A stretch of 64,000 nucleotides of DNA from Planctomycetota bacterium. GTDB taxonomy: Bacteria > Planctomycetota > UBA1135 > UBA2386. The notes under the pieces are model-generated. The model did no database searches and was not told where the DNA came from. It was given only the letters and a program-made list of their open reading frames with translations. Every line of letters starts with the position of its first letter. Position 1 is the stretch's first letter. The stretch covers positions 192,001 through 256,000 of the forward strand of contig CANMWZ010000001.1 of NCBI GenBank assembly GCA_947501605.1. The letters run 5' to 3'. The translations under genes and the position numbers were made by a program. Shown piece by piece: positions 26,890-36,920 of this stretch.

Positions 26890-28119
26890 GTGGATCTCTT
26901 TTCGAAGTGCGACGGGTTCACGCGGGCCCGCGATCTCCAGTCCATGGGGATGTACCCCTACTTCTTGCCGCTCTCAGGCAGCGAGGGAACCGAAGTCGAG
27001 ATCAACGGCCGCCGGTTGATCATGATCGGCAGCAACAACTATCTGGGCCTGACCCATCACCACAAGGTGTTGGAAGCGGCCCAGCAAGCACTGCTGAAGT
27101 TCGGGACATCGTGCTCGGGCTCCCGATTCTTGAACGGCACCCTCGAGTTGCACGAAGAGTTGGAGCGCCGACTTGCGCGCTTCATGGGCAAGGAAGCGGC
27201 CCTGTGCTTCTCCACCGGGTTCCAGACGAACCTAGGTGCGATCTCGTCGATCTGCGGCAAGGATGACGTCATCCTCTGCGATCGCGAGAACCACGCCTCG
27301 ATCATCGACGGCTGCCGCCTGAGCTTTGGCGACACGCGCAAGTGGCGGCACAACGACATGGCCGACCTCGAGGCCCAGCTTGCACGCGCCAAAGCGCAGG
27401 GCAAGGGCATGCTCATCGTGGTCGACGGACTCTATTCGATGATGGGCGACCTCGCAGATCTGCCGAGTATCGTCAAGCTGGCTCGTCACTACGGCGCGCG
27501 ATTGATGGTCGACGAAGCTCACTCGGTGGGCGTCCTCGGCAAGACGGGGCGCGGCGCGGCCGAGCACTTCGGGCTCGACGACGATGCCGACCTCGTGATG
27601 GGAACCTTCAGCAAGAGCTTCGCGAGCCTCGGAGGGTTCATCGCGGGCCCTGCGAACGTGATCCACTTCATGCGCCATCACGCGCGATCGCTGATCTTCT
27701 CCGCCGCCATCACGCCCGCATCGGCCGCCGCGGCGCTGGCGGCGCTCGATGTGATCGAGGCCGAACCGCAGCTGCGCACCCGTGTGCTCGACGTCGCCAA
27801 TCGCGTCCGAACCGGCCTGCGCAAGCTCGGTTTCACCGTCGGCGGCGCCCAGAACAGCCCGATTGTGCCCGTCATCGTCGGCGAACAAATTCGCATGCTG
27901 CGCATGTGGAAGATCCTGCTCGACTGCGGGCTGTTCACGAACCCGGTCACACAACCGGCCGTGCCGCCCGGTATGGATCTGATCCGCACGAGCTACATCG
28001 CGACGCACACCGACCGGCACATCGAGCAGATCCTGGAACGATTCGCCGAAGCCGGAGAGCGCGTCGGCGTACTCGGAGCGCTCGGTCAGCACAAAGGGCC
28101 GATCGAAGCGGCAGGCTAA
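26890..28119 (+). CDS. spt: PLP-dependent alpha-oxoamine synthase, serine palmitoyltransferase-like
   Basis: GMYPYF, GSNNYLGLT, GSRFLNGTL, STGFQTNLG, NHASIIDG, DEAH, GTFSKS (PLP Lys). Confidence 0.72.
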   Translation: MDLFSKCDGFTRARDLQSMGMYPYFLPLSGSEGTEVEINGRRLIMIGSNNYLGLTHHHKVLEAAQQALLKFGTSCSGSRFLNGTLELHEELERRLARFMGKEAALCFSTGFQTNLGAISSICGKDDVILCDRENHASIIDGCRLSFGDTRKWRHNDMADLEAQLARAKAQGKGMLIVVDGLYSMMGDLADLPSIVKLARHYGARLMVDEAHSVGVLGKTGRGAAEHFGLDDDADLVMGTFSKSFASLGGFIAGPANVIHFMRHHARSLIFSAAITPASAAAALAALDVIEAEPQLRTRVLDVANRVRTGLRKLGFTVGGAQNSPIVPVIVGEQIRMLRMWKILLDCGLFTNPVTQPAVPPGMDLIRTSYIATHTDRHIEQILERFAEAGERVGVLGALGQHKGPIEAAG

Positions 28120-28175
28120 CCATCGCCACGCACCGCGAGCAGCGGGATGCATTCGGCGCGGCCTACCTAGGCTCC

Positions 28176-28712
28176 GTGGCGCAGCAGATCCGGGCATGTC
28201 GGTTGTTCACGCAGAACAACCTGAACCGCGACTTCGTGGGCACTCGGGGGTTCTCGGTGGTGTTTCGCCGCGAACAGCGCGACCAAGTAACGACGACCTT
28301 CCCGTTCTTCACGCGCTACCTCGACCGCGTGCTGCACGACGAGTGCAACGCGTTTTATCTCAACCCCCTTCAACTCGGTGCCGGCTCACGCGTCGACCCC
28401 CACATTGACCGCAGCCTGCGTAGCTACTGCAAGGATGTTGCCACGCCCCTCTGGGTGAGCGTTCTCTACATCGAAGTTCCAACCGCGATGAAGGGCGGTG
28501 GATTGGTGCTTGCGCGCGGCAAACGCATTCTTGCGCGAATCGAGCCGCGTGCCGACCTGCTGATTGAGTTTGATGGCGACCTCACGCATTCCGTCGAACG
28601 AGTCGACACCGACGGCCTGCGGCTCAGCCTCGTCTGCGAGCAGTATGCGCTGCTGCCGGAGGAACTCGAAATGGTGCCCGATTACGGCGTCGAGTCGCGC
28701 GCGCGCTACTGA
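28176..28712 (+). CDS. 2OG-Fe(II) oxygenase
   Basis: HID (HxD), SVLY, GGGL, THSV, RLSL. The first canonical start is GTG 28176, but the frame is open back through the spt stop. Confidence 0.8.
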   Translation: MAQQIRACRLFTQNNLNRDFVGTRGFSVVFRREQRDQVTTTFPFFTRYLDRVLHDECNAFYLNPLQLGAGSRVDPHIDRSLRSYCKDVATPLWVSVLYIEVPTAMKGGGLVLARGKRILARIEPRADLLIEFDGDLTHSVERVDTDGLRLSLVCEQYALLPEELEMVPDYGVESRARY

Positions 28713-28768
28713 GCAGCCACCAAGAACGCGGCCTTTCGCCACTCCTGCTGCCGCGTAGATTGTGACCA

Positions 28769-31700
28769 ATGTCCGAGGCGCCCGATTTCGTCCACTTGCG
28801 CACGCGTTCGCACTACAGCCTGCTGAGTGCGCCCGTGAAGGTAGCCGACCTCGTCCAGGCGGCTGCGGCCGACGGGCAGAAGGCGCTGGCGCTGACTGAC
28901 AATGGCAACCTCTTCGGCGCGATCGAGTTCTACAAGAGCTGCAAAGAGCTAGGGCTCCGCTCGGTCATCGGCCAGACCACGTTTGTTGCTGCCAAGACTC
29001 GACGAACCACGGCCGGTGGTGACAACCCCACCTACGATCTCACCCTGCTAGCTGAGAACAACGAAGGCCTCGACAACCTGCGCACGCTCTCCTCTCTCGC
29101 CTACCTTGAGGGCTTCAGCTACAAGCCGCGCGTCGACTTCGAACTGTTGGCCCAGTACGGGAAGGGCCTCATCTGCCTCAGCGGCTCGACACACGGTTGG
29201 ATCGGCCAGGCGCTGCAGCAGAACGATGGCGCCGCGGCAGTCGCCGCCGCATCCCAACTGCGCGACCTGTTCGGCGTCGATCGGTTCTTCCTCGAGGTCG
29301 GGGAAAACGGCAGCGAGGTCATGCGCAAGGTCACAGCCGGCAAGCGCGAGGTGGGCAAGCGACTCGACATCCGGTGTGTCGCGACCAACGACGTTCACTA
29401 CCTCAAGCAGGACGACTGGCTCGCACATGACATCATGCTGTGCGTCCGCGGCGGCAAGACAGTCGCAGATCAAGATCGCTTCCGCATGGCATCGCGCGAG
29501 TTGTGGCTGAAGACCCGCGCCGAAATGGCCGCAGCGTTTCGTGACTGGCCGGATCCGCTCCAGCAGACCGTCACGATTGCGGAGCGCTGCAGCGTCGACA
29601 TCAAGTTTGGTGTCTACCACCTGCCCGCCTTCACGCCCGAGAGCGGCGAACCAACCGACGCCTACTTCGAGCGGCGCTGCCGCGAGGGCGCGCGGCAGCG
29701 CTACGGCACCATCTCCGAAGAGGTCCAGGCCCGACTCGACTATGAGATCGAGGTCGTCAAGAAACTCGGCTTCGTCAGCTACTTCCTGATCGTTCAGGAC
29801 TTCATCCTCAAGGCGAAGGAGCTGGGCATCCCGGTCGGACCGGGACGAGGCTCGGCAGCCGGTTCGATCGTCGCCTACGTGCTGCAGATCACTGCCGTCG
29901 ATCCTCTGCGCTACGCATTGCTCTTCGAGCGATTCCTAAACCCCGGCCGCATCTCCATGCCGGATATCGATATCGACTTCTGTGGAGAGCGGCGCGACGA
30001 GGTCATTCAATACGTCCGCCAGAAGTACGGCCACGACTGCGTGTGCCAGATCATCACGTTCGGCACGATGGCGAGCCGCGGGGTGCTGCGCGACGTCGGC
30101 CGAGTCCTCGACTTCGAGGTCTCCGAGATCGACAAGCTCTGCAAGAAAGTGCCGCAGGGACCCGGTGCATCGCTCGCAGCTGCTCTTGAGTCCGATGCGG
30201 AGCTCAAGCAGATCCGCGATAGTTCGGCCCCGCACAAGCGCCTGTTCGACCTATCGCTCAAGCTCGAAGGGCTTGCACGCCATTCGTCAGTCCACGCCGC
30301 AGGTGTCGTGATTGCCGACCGTCCGCTGCGCGACTACGCACCGCTCTGCAAGAACGGAGAAGACATCATCACGCAGTGGCAGATGACTGAACTCGAGGAG
30401 GTCGGCCTGCTGAAAATGGACTTCCTTGGTCTCAAGACGCTAACGATCTTGACCGAGGCAACGCGGCTCGTCGAACTGGTCCAAGGAAAGACGATCGATC
30501 TGGCGAAGCTGCCCCTCGACGACCCCGCCACCTACGCACTGATGACAAGGGGTGAGACGCAGGGCGTGTTCCAGTTGGAATCCTCGGGTATGCGCGAGTT
30601 GCTGTCGCGCCTCAAGCCCGACACCTTCGAGGATGTGATCGCCGTACTCGCGCTGTATCGACCCGGCCCACTCGGCTCAGGCATGGTCGACATGTTCTGT
30701 CGACGTAAGCACGGCGAAGAGGAAACCAAGTACCCCAACGATGACCTACGTCCCGTGCTCGAACCCACCTACGGGGTCATCGTCTACCAGGAACAGGTGA
30801 TGCAGATTGCCAACGTGATCGGCTCGTTCTCGATGAGCGATGCCGACAACCTTCGCAAAGCAATGGGCAAGAAGAAGCCGGAGGTCATGGCGAAGTTCAA
30901 AGACCAGTTCATCGCCGGCGCGGTATCGCGCGGCTATGGCGACAAGTTCGCCAAGGAACTGTTTGAGACAATGGAGTACTTCGCCGGCTACGGGTTCAAC
31001 AAGTCGCACTCGACGGCCTATGCCCTGGTCACCTATCAGACGGCGTGGCTCAAGGCGCACTATCCGATCGAGTTCATGGCCGCGAATCTGACCGTCGAGT
31101 CCGGCAACTCGGACAAGATCAAGGAGTTCGTCGACGAGGCACGGCGCGGAGGAATCCGCATCCTGCAGCCGAGCATCAACCACAGCATGCGCCGCTTCCA
31201 CGTCGAAGACGGGGCGATTCGCTATGGCATCGGCGCGATCAAGGGCCTCGGTGCACGCGCTGCGGACATGATGGTCGATACCAGACAGAAGACTGGGGCC
31301 TTCGGCTCGCTCGAAGAACTCTGCGAGCGGCTCGACGCCAATGTGGTGAACAAGACGGCCCTTGAGGCAATGGTCCAGGCTGGTGCCTTCGACGGCCTGG
31401 GCCGTAGTCGCCAAACGACGTTTGGCGCCATCGAGTCCGCGCTGCGTTCCTCCGCCCTCGCCCGCGAGGACAGGCGCCGCGGCCAAAAGATGCTGTTCGG
31501 CGCCCCTCCTCCCGAAGCCCATACGCCTGCCACCAGCGGTGGTCTGCAACGAACAGACGAGTGGCCGGAAGCGGATCGCCTGGCGCGCGAGAAGGAATCG
31601 CTGGGCTTCTACCTCTCCGGACATCCGTTTGAGAAGCGCGGTGCATTCCTTCGCCGTGTCGCAGGCCATACGACGGCGACTGCTGGTTCTATCTCTGGCG

Positions 31701-32209
31701 GCGAGACCGTACGAATTGCCGGCATGGTGAGCTCGGTTCGGGTTCTCCAGATCAAGCAGGGAAAGAACGCGGGCCAGAAGATGGCACGATTTCAACTGGA
31801 GGACCTCGACGGCCAGATCGCAGTCACCTGCTTCGCACGTGCGTATGCCCGACTCAAGGAACGCATCGTCGATGACGCCATCGTGTTCTTGTCCGGACGC
31901 ATCGACGAAAAGAGCGAGGAGAAGGCGCTGCTCCTCGACGAAATCGAGCCAGCCGCGGAAGTCGTCCGTCGTGAGGTGGCGGGGCTAGTCCTCTCGCTAC
32001 GAGGTCACCTAGTGAGTGACGGGACCCTCTCACGCATCGCCTCCGTCTGCGAACAGTACCGCGGCAACCAGTCGCTGCACCTGGACGTAGAAGAGGATGG
32101 CCACGTCCACCGGGTGCGTTGTGAGGCGACGATCAACGTCAGCGACGGCCTGCTCGACGAGTTCGCTCTGATCCTCGGCCCAGACAACATGTCGTTTGCC
32201 CGGCGATGA
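28769..32209 (+). CDS. dnaE: DNA polymerase III alpha subunit
   Basis: PHP domain, GPGRGSAAGS, FERFLNP, MPDIDIDF, KMDFLGL, YGFNKSH, OB fold. Confidence 0.98.
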   Translation: MSEAPDFVHLRTRSHYSLLSAPVKVADLVQAAAADGQKALALTDNGNLFGAIEFYKSCKELGLRSVIGQTTFVAAKTRRTTAGGDNPTYDLTLLAENNEGLDNLRTLSSLAYLEGFSYKPRVDFELLAQYGKGLICLSGSTHGWIGQALQQNDGAAAVAAASQLRDLFGVDRFFLEVGENGSEVMRKVTAGKREVGKRLDIRCVATNDVHYLKQDDWLAHDIMLCVRGGKTVADQDRFRMASRELWLKTRAEMAAAFRDWPDPLQQTVTIAERCSVDIKFGVYHLPAFTPESGEPTDAYFERRCREGARQRYGTISEEVQARLDYEIEVVKKLGFVSYFLIVQDFILKAKELGIPVGPGRGSAAGSIVAYVLQITAVDPLRYALLFERFLNPGRISMPDIDIDFCGERRDEVIQYVRQKYGHDCVCQIITFGTMASRGVLRDVGRVLDFEVSEIDKLCKKVPQGPGASLAAALESDAELKQIRDSSAPHKRLFDLSLKLEGLARHSSVHAAGVVIADRPLRDYAPLCKNGEDIITQWQMTELEEVGLLKMDFLGLKTLTILTEATRLVELVQGKTIDLAKLPLDDPATYALMTRGETQGVFQLESSGMRELLSRLKPDTFEDVIAVLALYRPGPLGSGMVDMFCRRKHGEEETKYPNDDLRPVLEPTYGVIVYQEQVMQIANVIGSFSMSDADNLRKAMGKKKPEVMAKFKDQFIAGAVSRGYGDKFAKELFETMEYFAGYGFNKSHSTAYALVTYQTAWLKAHYPIEFMAANLTVESGNSDKIKEFVDEARRGGIRILQPSINHSMRRFHVEDGAIRYGIGAIKGLGARAADMMVDTRQKTGAFGSLEELCERLDANVVNKTALEAMVQAGAFDGLGRSRQTTFGAIESALRSSALAREDRRRGQKMLFGAPPPEAHTPATSGGLQRTDEWPEADRLAREKESLGFYLSGHPFEKRGAFLRRVAGHTTATAGSISGGETVRIAGMVSSVRVLQIKQGKNAGQKMARFQLEDLDGQIAVTCFARAYARLKERIVDDAIVFLSGRIDEKSEEKALLLDEIEPAAEVVRREVAGLVLSLRGHLVSDGTLSRIASVCEQYRGNQSLHLDVEEDGHVHRVRCEATINVSDGLLDEFALILGPDNMSFARR

Positions 32210-32366
32210 TGCGGTTCGCACGCTAACCGAGCGACCTGCAGATGTGCCTCACCCCAGCCCAATGTCGCCAAGGGCCAGGACGCCCGCTCAGCTCCGGGTT
32301 GAACGAGCGATGCGGACAGCATCGTCAAGGGCCGTCGCCTGTCGCGAGTCCTCGCAACCCTCTCGA

Positions 32367-33014
32367 CTAGAAGTCTGAGTCACGGGATGCCCCTCGAACC
32401 CCGAGAGATTCGTGGGCAAGAAGACCCTCTCGCGACTCACGCTGCGTAGGGAGCGCATGGGTCCGTTTCGCAAGAGAGAGGACTCGAACCAAGGCTAGCT
32501 CTTCCTGCCGTCGCCGAGGGACTGGTTGCCCGACGGGCAGTTGGTGGGGTTCATCCGCGATCAGCTCGACATCGCGCGCTGCTCGATCGCTACCGGACTT
32601 CGGGCAAGGGCGAGGTGGCGTATCCGCCGCGCGTGAAGCTGAGCCTGCCGATCGACGCCTACTGCACGGGCACCTTCTCCTTGCGCTGCACGGGCACCTT
32701 CTCCTCGCGGACGATCGCTGCACAGCTCGACGAGAACGTGGCCTTCCGCGTGCTGGCCGGATGGCACAGGTCGGCCGGCGAGTGGGATCTCGGATGCCTC
32801 GCGCTGAATCTGCGGAGGATGGCGGCGATCGGAGGTCGAACGTGACCCGGTGGACGCGCCAAGGCTCTCCTGGGAACTGTGAGACCCCCGCCGGGCAGCC
32901 CGAAGCGGTCGCGCAGGACGAGTCAGCACTCGGGGCGGACCGCGCCGAGTAGCCTTGGCGAAGTCCGATCTCACAATTTTCGCCCCGCTGGACTGTCGTG
33001 ACTCAGACTCCTGG
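32367..33014 (+). mobile_element. Internally deleted IS1182-family element with terminal inverted repeats
   Basis: TIRs AAGTCTGAGTCACG (32371-32384) and CGTGACTCAGACTC (32997-33010), flanked by CTAG/CTGG. Fragments LPSPRDWLPDG, YPPRV..DAYCTG.FSSR.IA, GEWDLGCLALNLRRM. Confidence 0.8.
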
Positions 33015-34170
33015 TCGAGGCAAAGCCTGGTGAGGTAGTCCGCCCGCGCGAGCACCGAGCCCTAGACGGAGAGGTCTTGGAAAGCGCGGCGACATGCTTG
33101 GCTGGGGAGGCGAGCAGGAAGCGTGCGAGGACGCAGTAGATGGCCAGTGCGAGGATCTCATGTCGCACGCCGAGAGGCGACTGGGCGTGGAACTGGCGCT
33201 GGTCGAACTAGACAGACTGGCCGAGCTTGCCCAGTTCTTCGGCCTGCCAACGCAGTCGGTAGAGCTCGGCGATTTGCGCGTGCGTGATGTGTGAGCGGCG
33301 CAACGTCGTGAAGTAACAGGATTCCTCGCCCTTCGGAGTCGTCCGCTGGATCGCACGAAGCTCGAGGGGCTCGGCACCTGGCCGCGCGTCCTTGGCGGGC
33401 GGCATCATGACGCGATAGTCGCCACCGCCGCTGGCGCGGAAGTCATCGTTCGCCACGAGCGAAGGCGACGCCGGCAGTCGGCTGAGGAGGTCGAGCGGGC
33501 TGCGCAGGATCTGGTGCGATCGGTATCCGCGATCCAGCACCAACACGTCGCCTGCCTGCAGCACATCGAGAGCCGCGAGCAACATCTGGCGCTCACAGGT
33601 GCCGAAGCTGTCGATCACGACATCGCACGGAACCTGGGTCAGGACGTTGACGAGCACGCTCACAGCCGGCGGTGGGACGTGACCGCCATCGGGGCGGCCG
33701 AAGCTGGCATCGAGTTCGAGGCCCCGTCGCCAGTTGACCTTGCAGCCGTCGACGACGAACAGCCGGCGATCGTTCCAGCGCGAAGCACCTCGAAACGCGG
33801 TGTCCACTTTGCTCCCCGCCCCGCGCAGAACGCGCCGAAGCAGCTGGCTCCGCAACCTCGCTGCGCGCCTGGCAGAAGTCCGACGCCGAGACGGGCTCGT
33901 CCACCGGCAAGGCACGCCGTGCGAGGCGCACTCGTCCCAGAACGAATCCAGCAGGTGCCGGTAGCCTCGTCGGCGGGCGTCGCCCACCATCAACAACAGC
34001 AGCACCACGAGCAAGTCCGGGGTCGGCTTGCTACTGCGACTGAAGTCGCGTCGGCTGCAAAAGCGGGATCACACGCGTCTGCGAGGATCGGCAAGATCCG
34101 ATCGAAGATCTTACGGGACTCGACGCGGTGGGCCCCGATCTTCAGCGTTCGAAGCACCAGAGCGCATGCA
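33015..34170 (-). pseudogene. Frameshifted IS4-family DDE transposase
   Basis: Fragments in several frames: VSASDFCQAR, LFVVDG, VLVLDRGY, YFTTL, IAELYRLRWQAEE, QFHAQSPLGVRHEI. Confidence 0.82.
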
Positions 34171-34245
34171 ACCACCTAGCGACAGGTAGCCCTATCGTTA
34201 GGTGGTCCTGTAACCCGGAGCGCTACGCTGCGCGACCCGGACGGA

Positions 34246-34734
34246 TCAGTTGCCAGCGGACGCTGACTTCTTGCCTTTGCTCGACTTCGCCTTGGATGGC
34301 TTACCATCGGCCGGCTTCTCAGTCGGGGCGTCTACAGCAGCTTCGGCCGACGCACTGAGCTTGCGCTCCAGCACGTTGTTATCGACGAACTCGATGATCG
34401 CCTTGGACCCGCCGTCGCCGATCCGGAAATCACCTAGGCGCATGATTCGAGTGTAGCCACCAGCGCGATTCGAATAGCGCGGCCCGAGCACATCGAACAG
34501 CTTCTTGACCGCATCCTTGTCCTGCAGAAGACCCGCGGCTCGCCGAATGTTGGCCAGCGTCCTGGTCTTGCCGATCGTGATCATTTTCTCCACGTGCGAG
34601 CGCAGAGCTTTGGCCTTCGGCAGCGTCGTGACGACGCGCTCGTGCTGGATCAACGACACCGTGAAATTCATGCGCAGAGCACGGCGGTGGGCCGTGTTTC
34701 TGCCGAGCCGCTTGCCCGCAATGTTATGCATCAT
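34246..34734 (-). CDS. rplQ: 50S ribosomal protein L17 (with low-complexity tail)
   Basis: LGRNTAHRRAL, TTLPKAK, RAGGYTRI. Confidence 0.97.
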   Translation of the reverse strand: MMHNIAGKRLGRNTAHRRALRMNFTVSLIQHERVVTTLPKAKALRSHVEKMITIGKTRTLANIRRAAGLLQDKDAVKKLFDVLGPRYSNRAGGYTRIMRLGDFRIGDGGSKAIIEFVDNNVLERKLSASAEAAVDAPTEKPADGKPSKAKSSKGKKSASAGN

Positions 34735-34788
34735 GGCTGTATTCTCCGTTTGACGCGCGATCAGCTCTGGCCGATGCGCGTCGGATGC

Positions 34789-35787
34789 TTACTTGTATTC
34801 CTCGACGTTGATACCCAACGTGAGGCCGAGTGCGGCAAGCTTGTTCTTGACTTCCTTGAGGGATGTCTTCCCAAAGTTCCTGACCTTGAGCAGCTCGGGC
34901 TCCGCCATCTGCACAAGGTCGCGCAGAGTCAGAACATTCTCGCTGTCTAGGCAGTTCTTAGAGCGCACTGAGAGCTCCAGCATGTCGATGCTTCGACCGA
35001 GCAGGTCCACCATCTCGCGACGCTTCGCACCTTCATCACCCTCTGGCGCAAGAACACCGCCGTCGACGGCCAAGTCTTCCTTGAGCTCAAAATACTGAAC
35101 GAAGGGGTTCAGGTGTTTGCGGTAAATCTTGCTCGCTTCGACCAGTGCCATCTCCGGCGTCACCGTGCCATCAGTCCAAACTTCAAGAACCAAGCGGTCG
35201 TAGTCTGTGGACTTTCCGACACGCGTACTCTCGATGCTGTACTTGCATCGGTGCACCGGACTAAAGATCGAGTCGACGGGAATCGTACCGATCTCCATCT
35301 CCTCGTTTACGTTCTCCTCAGCCGTCACGTAGCCGCGGCCCTTCTTCACCTGCATTTCGCAGGAGAAACGGACATCGTCGGTCAACGTGCAGATCTTCAG
35401 GTCGGGATTGGCGATCTCGATGTTGTGATCACCCTCGATCGCTTCCGCCTTAACCTCACCGCGCTGGTTGACATCGATGCGCAGAGTCGTCGGCGCATCC
35501 GTGTGCATCTTCACACGCAGCTTCTTGATGTTCAGGATGATCTGAGTGACGTCCTCGAGCACGCCCGAAATCGTCGAGAACTCGTGAACGACTCCCTCGA
35601 TGCGTACCCACGTTACCGCGGTGCCCTCAATCGAGGACAGCAAGACGCGGCGCAGGCCGTTGCCGATCGTTGCGCCAAAGCCCTTCTCGAAGGGCTCGAC
35701 GGTGAACTTGGCATACTGATTGGTTCCCGTGTCCTGGTCCATCTTGACCTGGGACGGCAACTCGAAGTTGCGCCAGCGAATACGCAT
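34789..35787 (-). CDS. rpoA: RNA polymerase alpha subunit
   Basis: EPFEKGFGATIGNGLRRVLLSS, LSVRSKNCL, NFGKTSL. Confidence 0.98.
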   Translation of the reverse strand: MRIRWRNFELPSQVKMDQDTGTNQYAKFTVEPFEKGFGATIGNGLRRVLLSSIEGTAVTWVRIEGVVHEFSTISGVLEDVTQIILNIKKLRVKMHTDAPTTLRIDVNQRGEVKAEAIEGDHNIEIANPDLKICTLTDDVRFSCEMQVKKGRGYVTAEENVNEEMEIGTIPVDSIFSPVHRCKYSIESTRVGKSTDYDRLVLEVWTDGTVTPEMALVEASKIYRKHLNPFVQYFELKEDLAVDGGVLAPEGDEGAKRREMVDLLGRSIDMLELSVRSKNCLDSENVLTLRDLVQMAEPELLKVRNFGKTSLKEVKNKLAALGLTLGINVEEYK

Positions 35788-35803
35788 AGTCGGTCTCCCT
35801 TAG

Positions 35804-36427
35804 CTACTTGGAGCAGAGCTCGATGATCAACTGCTCGTTGATGGGATGCGGCACGTCTTCTCGCTTCGGCAGCTGAATGACCTTGCCCTTGAGTTCGGAC
35901 GGCGTGGCCTCGAGCCAAGTCGGCAGTGACTGCCCCTTGTTCATCTCGACCGCGTCGGTGGCCTTCTTGGTGATCTTCTCGTCACCCACGATCTGCACCT
36001 CGTCGCCTGGGCGAACGAGATAACTCGGGATGTCGAGACGCTTCTTGTTCACACGAACATGGCCGTGTGCAACCATCTGCCGCGCATCGAAGCGAGACAA
36101 CGCGAGGCCGAGGTTCAGCACCACATTGTCGAGACGTCGCTCCATGAGGACCAACAGGTTCTCACCTGTGTTGCCCTTCTGGCGCTGCGCGACGGTGAAG
36201 TAGTGCTGGAACTGACGCTCGAGCAGGCCATAGATACGCTTCGCCTTCTGCTTTTCACGCAGCTGGGCACCGTAGTCAGTGGACTTCTTGGGGCGGACAT
36301 GCTGGCCCGGCGGATAGTCGCGCCGGTTAATGCCGCACTTTTCCGAAAAGCATCGCTGTCCCTTGAGGAACAGCTTCATGCCTTCGCGGCGGCAGAGCTT
36401 GCAGACGTTTTGGCTATTGCGGGCCAT
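35804..36427 (-). CDS. rpsD: 30S ribosomal protein S4
   Basis: CKLCRREG, LREKQK, ERRLDNVV. Confidence 0.98.
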   Translation of the reverse strand: MARNSQNVCKLCRREGMKLFLKGQRCFSEKCGINRRDYPPGQHVRPKKSTDYGAQLREKQKAKRIYGLLERQFQHYFTVAQRQKGNTGENLLVLMERRLDNVVLNLGLALSRFDARQMVAHGHVRVNKKRLDIPSYLVRPGDEVQIVGDEKITKKATDAVEMNKGQSLPTWLEATPSELKGKVIQLPKREDVPHPINEQLIIELCSK

Positions 36428-36467
36428 CTGGATTCCGAAGTGCTGGGTCGAATGCGATTACGAATGA

Positions 36468-36863
36468 CTAGACGCGGCGGCGCTTCCGCGGACGACAACC
36501 GTTGTGCGGCAGCGGCGTGACATCCTCGATGGTCTTCACCTCGATACCCGAACTCGAAAGAGCACGGATCGCGGACTCACGGCCAGAGCCGGGACCATTG
36601 ACGAAGACCTCCAACTCGTGCACACCCATCTTGCGGATCTTCTCCGCAACTTTCTCTGCAGCGCGTTGCGCGGCAAACGGGGTGCTCTTGCGGCTACCCT
36701 TGTAGCCGATAGTACCAGCCGAGTCCCAGGCCAAGACTTGGCCCGTGCTGTCGGTAACGGTGATGATGGTGTTGTTGAAGGATGCCTTGACGTGGGCAAT
36801 GGCCTTGCCGACGTTCTTGCGAACTTTGGCCTTCTTCTTCGAGGTTTCTGGGACGGTCGTCAT
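36468..36863 (-). CDS. rpsK: 30S ribosomal protein S11
   Basis: [26 protein letters not shown]. Confidence 0.98.
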   Translation of the reverse strand: MTTVPETSKKKAKVRKNVGKAIAHVKASFNNTIITVTDSTGQVLAWDSAGTIGYKGSRKSTPFAAQRAAEKVAEKIRKMGVHELEVFVNGPGSGRESAIRALSSSGIEVKTIEDVTPLPHNGCRPRKRRRV

Positions 36864-36920
36864 CGCGGATTCTGGGACGGTTGTTCGGGGGCTCTGAGGT
36901 CGGGGAGGATGATCCGCGGA

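Noticed and set aside
27342..28115. 456-aa ORF, or an spt-oxygenase frameshift fusion
   Set aside because: The upstream part is an alternative frame of spt, and there is no X XXY YYZ slippery site before the spt stop
32291..34221. 10-bp inverted repeat GCTCCGGGTT/AACCCGGAGC as IS4 ends
   Set aside because: Too short, does not extend, and no target duplication is seen; may be chance
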